64,000 bases of DNA from Antechinus flavipes (Eukaryota), in contig NC_067399.1 in the NCBI RefSeq assembly GCF_016432865.1, forward strand, positions 613,614,001 through 613,678,000, read 5' to 3'. Position 1 is the first letter of the stretch, and each line of letters opens with the position of its first letter. Below are positions 61,303-64,000 of the stretch, piece after piece. Under the pieces are notes generated by a model. It did no database searches and had not been told where the DNA came from. It saw only the letters and a list, made by a program, of their open reading frames with translations. The position numbers were made by a program, and so were the translations under genes.

Positions 61303-62287
61303 CTGAGGAGACAACAATCTACTGTTGGTATAATCTCCAAGAAGAAAGGTTCCGCCAAAGCTGTCTGGTGGTTAAAACTGGGAACAAGGGGCTGGCTTAA
61401 ATTCTTCTGACAAGCTGGAACTTGCCAGTGGGTAGGTCACAAAAATATCTCCATCCAGGGCTCTAAGAAGAAAATCAGACCGCTTCATAGCTCTCCCTTT
61501 GCAGGCTACAGTGCCATGGATTAGGGTGAATGATTTAGCAAAGGGCCTTTTACAGGGATCTTTGTCCTGCAACCTCAAATCAATTCATCCCAGCCCATAC
61601 CAGCTTCAGTACTTATTAGCTGTGTCTGGAGGCAGGTCACTTGGTGACTCTAAGCCTTGTTTTTGTTTATTTTGCTTTTTACTTGTAAAACAGAAATGAA
61701 ATCTGTCCTACCTATCTCATAGGGATGATGTTCTGACCTTTTTTGGGGGAAGTGCCTTGAATGAAATTCTTTATAAACTCTATAAATGTGAACTATTTTA
61801 TCACTTTCCCCAGGGAAAGGAGGATATTAGATCCTTGAAGAAGGCATTTATTTGTACCACTAGGGTGGGTGGGGGGAAGTGGAGAAGAAACATAATAGAG
61901 TTTTCCTTAATAACCCCTATCTGTAGTCTATGTACCAGTCAATGCAAGCACCACCTGACCATGTACCACAAACATTGTAGTTGTGTTTGGCAAATTATTC
62001 TCATTCATTTCTGTGACTTTGAGTCTTAACTGCCAGGGGCATCAACAAGTTAAATGACTTGCCCGGGTCCCAGAGCTCATGTGAGTTTGAAGCAGGACTT
62101 GACACAGATTTTTCTAACTCCACAGTCAGCCCTCTATCCATGAGACCATGATTGCCATGCTGCCTCTTACAGATCTAGAGGGAAGGGCTCGTTTCTGCCC
62201 AGAGCGTGGGTGGGAAGATCCTTTTCTCAGATAGACCATCCAAAGTAGCTTTCCATAGAGGAGACAAGAGGAGCCAAGAGGACTTAC

Positions 62288-62359
62288 AGCAGCCGGAGAG
62301 AACGGAGACCCTCAAAAGCCAGTGGTGGGATGCACTGAAGAGAATTGTAGCTGAGAATC
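62288..62359 (-). CDS. SLIT1: SLIT1 exon 24 (single LRR), 72 nt; the gene continues beyond the window end
   Basis: tcacag|G...CTGCT|gtaagt. Encodes [24 protein letters not shown]. Confidence 0.95.
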
Positions 62360-63759
62360 CTGTGAAGAGGGAAAGGAAGCAACCAGAGATTTTAGCAGAA
62401 GAGTCACACGTGGCACATTTATCTCCCTGGTTTCAGTGGGTCAGCTTTTCTTGTGTTTCCCTCCTCCTCCTCCTTTTCCTGCTTTTTTCCTCCTCCTCCT
62501 GCTCCTCCTTCTCAAATAAAGCATCTACCTATGAATGGGATTATCTGAAGAATTAAATGCAGTGAACTTTAAATCGAAAGCAGACAGGGGAAGATGTTAA
62601 TAGTTATGGGCATAGAGTTAAATAAATGAGCAAATAGTGGGTAAGTATTAAACTAGATAGAGTATTTACACTGTATGCAAACAAAGGAGTCGGTGCCCCC
62701 TGACAATTTACACACTGCTAGCTGCCAAGATCACCAACAGGGTGACTGCCAGCTTTGAAGACAGCCTCCCAGAAACTCAATGACTCTTCCTCATTTAAGT
62801 AAAACATGACAGTTGGGGAAGTATCAAGTGGCCAAATACCACAGATGCTTAAAAATGGGGCCCAAGTAACTGGGTAACCTCCCAGGAAAATAAGTGTGGA
62901 TATTGGCATATCAAGTGCTTTGCAATCCTGGAAACCCTGCCAGGTGCTTTGAAAAAAAAAAGAATTATAGCATTGTAAGTTGTGCAAGGGTATGGGGTAG
63001 CTACATGCTCTCAATGATGTGAGAAAATGGCCGTCTAGCTGCATCTCTGGACTCCAGGCACATTCCAGGCTTAGGAAAAAACTCAACAAGAGAGATGGGT
63101 TAGACAGGAACCTCCTGAAGAGGAAAGAGAGGAAAGGAGGTGGCCAGGGCTCTCCTGTCCAATTCCTCCCACCTCCTGTCACCATCCTACTGTTTGCCCC
63201 TGGTTTGGTTCTCCAATTTCAGACAGGTTTAAGGAGAAACAAATTAAGCTCAATCGGTTCTCTGGTTCTTGGCTATAAGAAGAAGACAGTGTAATGAAGA
63301 AGGAAGCCATTTAATTATTAACAGCTCACTTTCTCCCAGCAAATTTCAGATGCTGGCAACTTTGTTAATGGATATGCTCACCAAAATGGGTGTCTTAAAT
63401 TGTTTCTACTCATGATCTCTTTTTGCCTGAGAAATTTTTACCTGATTCTACTTATAGAGGTAAATAAAATAGACATAGACATGAAACATTTACTGATAAT
63501 AAATCATAATTTTACAACCCTCCCATTCAATTAGGATGCCCCACCCCATGGGGCTACCAACCACAGTTTAAGAAGGGGGGCACTAGACTATAAGCAACTT
63601 AAGGAGAGGGACCAATTGTATTGTATTCTACCTCTTTCTGCCTCAATGCTAGATATGGAACCAGAGCTTGTCAATGGCCTTTAAAGCACTTAGTAAGCCT
63701 GACCACCCTGCTAACGAGCTGGCTCATATTCATAGATACGATTTCTAAATAGTCGACTC

Positions 63760-64000
63760 TACTACATTTTGGTTTTTTTTCTCATTTTTTCCCTTTTTGA
63801 TTGATTTTTCTTGTATAGCATGATAATTGTAGAAATATGTATAGAAGAATTGCACATGTTTAATATAGATTGGATTACTTGCCATCTAAGGAAGGGAAGA
63901 AAGGGAAGAGGGGTGTGTGGAAATTTGGAACAAAAGATTTTGCAAGAGTCAATGCCTAAAAATTATCCATACATGTTTTGAAAATAAAAAGCTTTAATAA
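63760..64000 (+). mobile_element. Marsupial L1 3' end running to the window edge
   Basis: ttttcttgtatagcatgataattgtagaaatatg...acttgccatctaagg...ggaacaaaagattttgcaag...aataaaaagctttaataa. Confidence 0.8.

Noticed and set aside
63700-63770. Minus-strand NMSQL peptide resembling SLIT1 exon 23
   Set aside because: The flanking codons do not match an LRR, and there is no 72-nt AG/GT frame. Exon 23 must lie beyond the window.

Overview
This is vertebrate genomic DNA, almost certainly marsupial. CORE-SINEs, marsupial-type L1 3' ends, RTE LINE relics and an OC1-like hAT MITE point to a dasyurid such as Tasmanian devil; the species call is an inference. The window holds two convergent, tail-to-tail genes, as in the human LCOR-SLIT1 locus. 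On the + strand is the ~4.3-kb terminal coding exon of the LCOR long isoform PALI1 (former C10orf12), 10775-15089, followed by an apparently ~10.7-kb, repeat-poor 3'UTR. On the - strand are the last 14 coding exons of SLIT1 (exons 24-37 by human numbering, 62359 down to 32010). I traced all 14 with GT-AG boundaries and a continuous reading frame, although many are missing from the ORF track. The rest is intron with L1, L2, RTE, CORE-SINE, a solo LTR, a hAT MITE, microsatellites and five N-gaps. I found no convincing new protein-coding system. The best leads are: a 13-nt perfect miR-137 complement just beyond an alternative poly(A) signal and G-tract in the PALI1 3'UTR; loss of the +1 aromatic at the K1219-equivalent EED-binding site of PALI1; a steep GC3/CpG gradient peaking in SLIT1 exon 35, plus an orphan CpG cluster at ~31.0-31.45 kb; an L2-donated candidate SLIT1 poly(A) signal; and an OC1-type MITE. 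Comparisons with human sequences are from memory and need alignment to confirm. All counts were done by hand.
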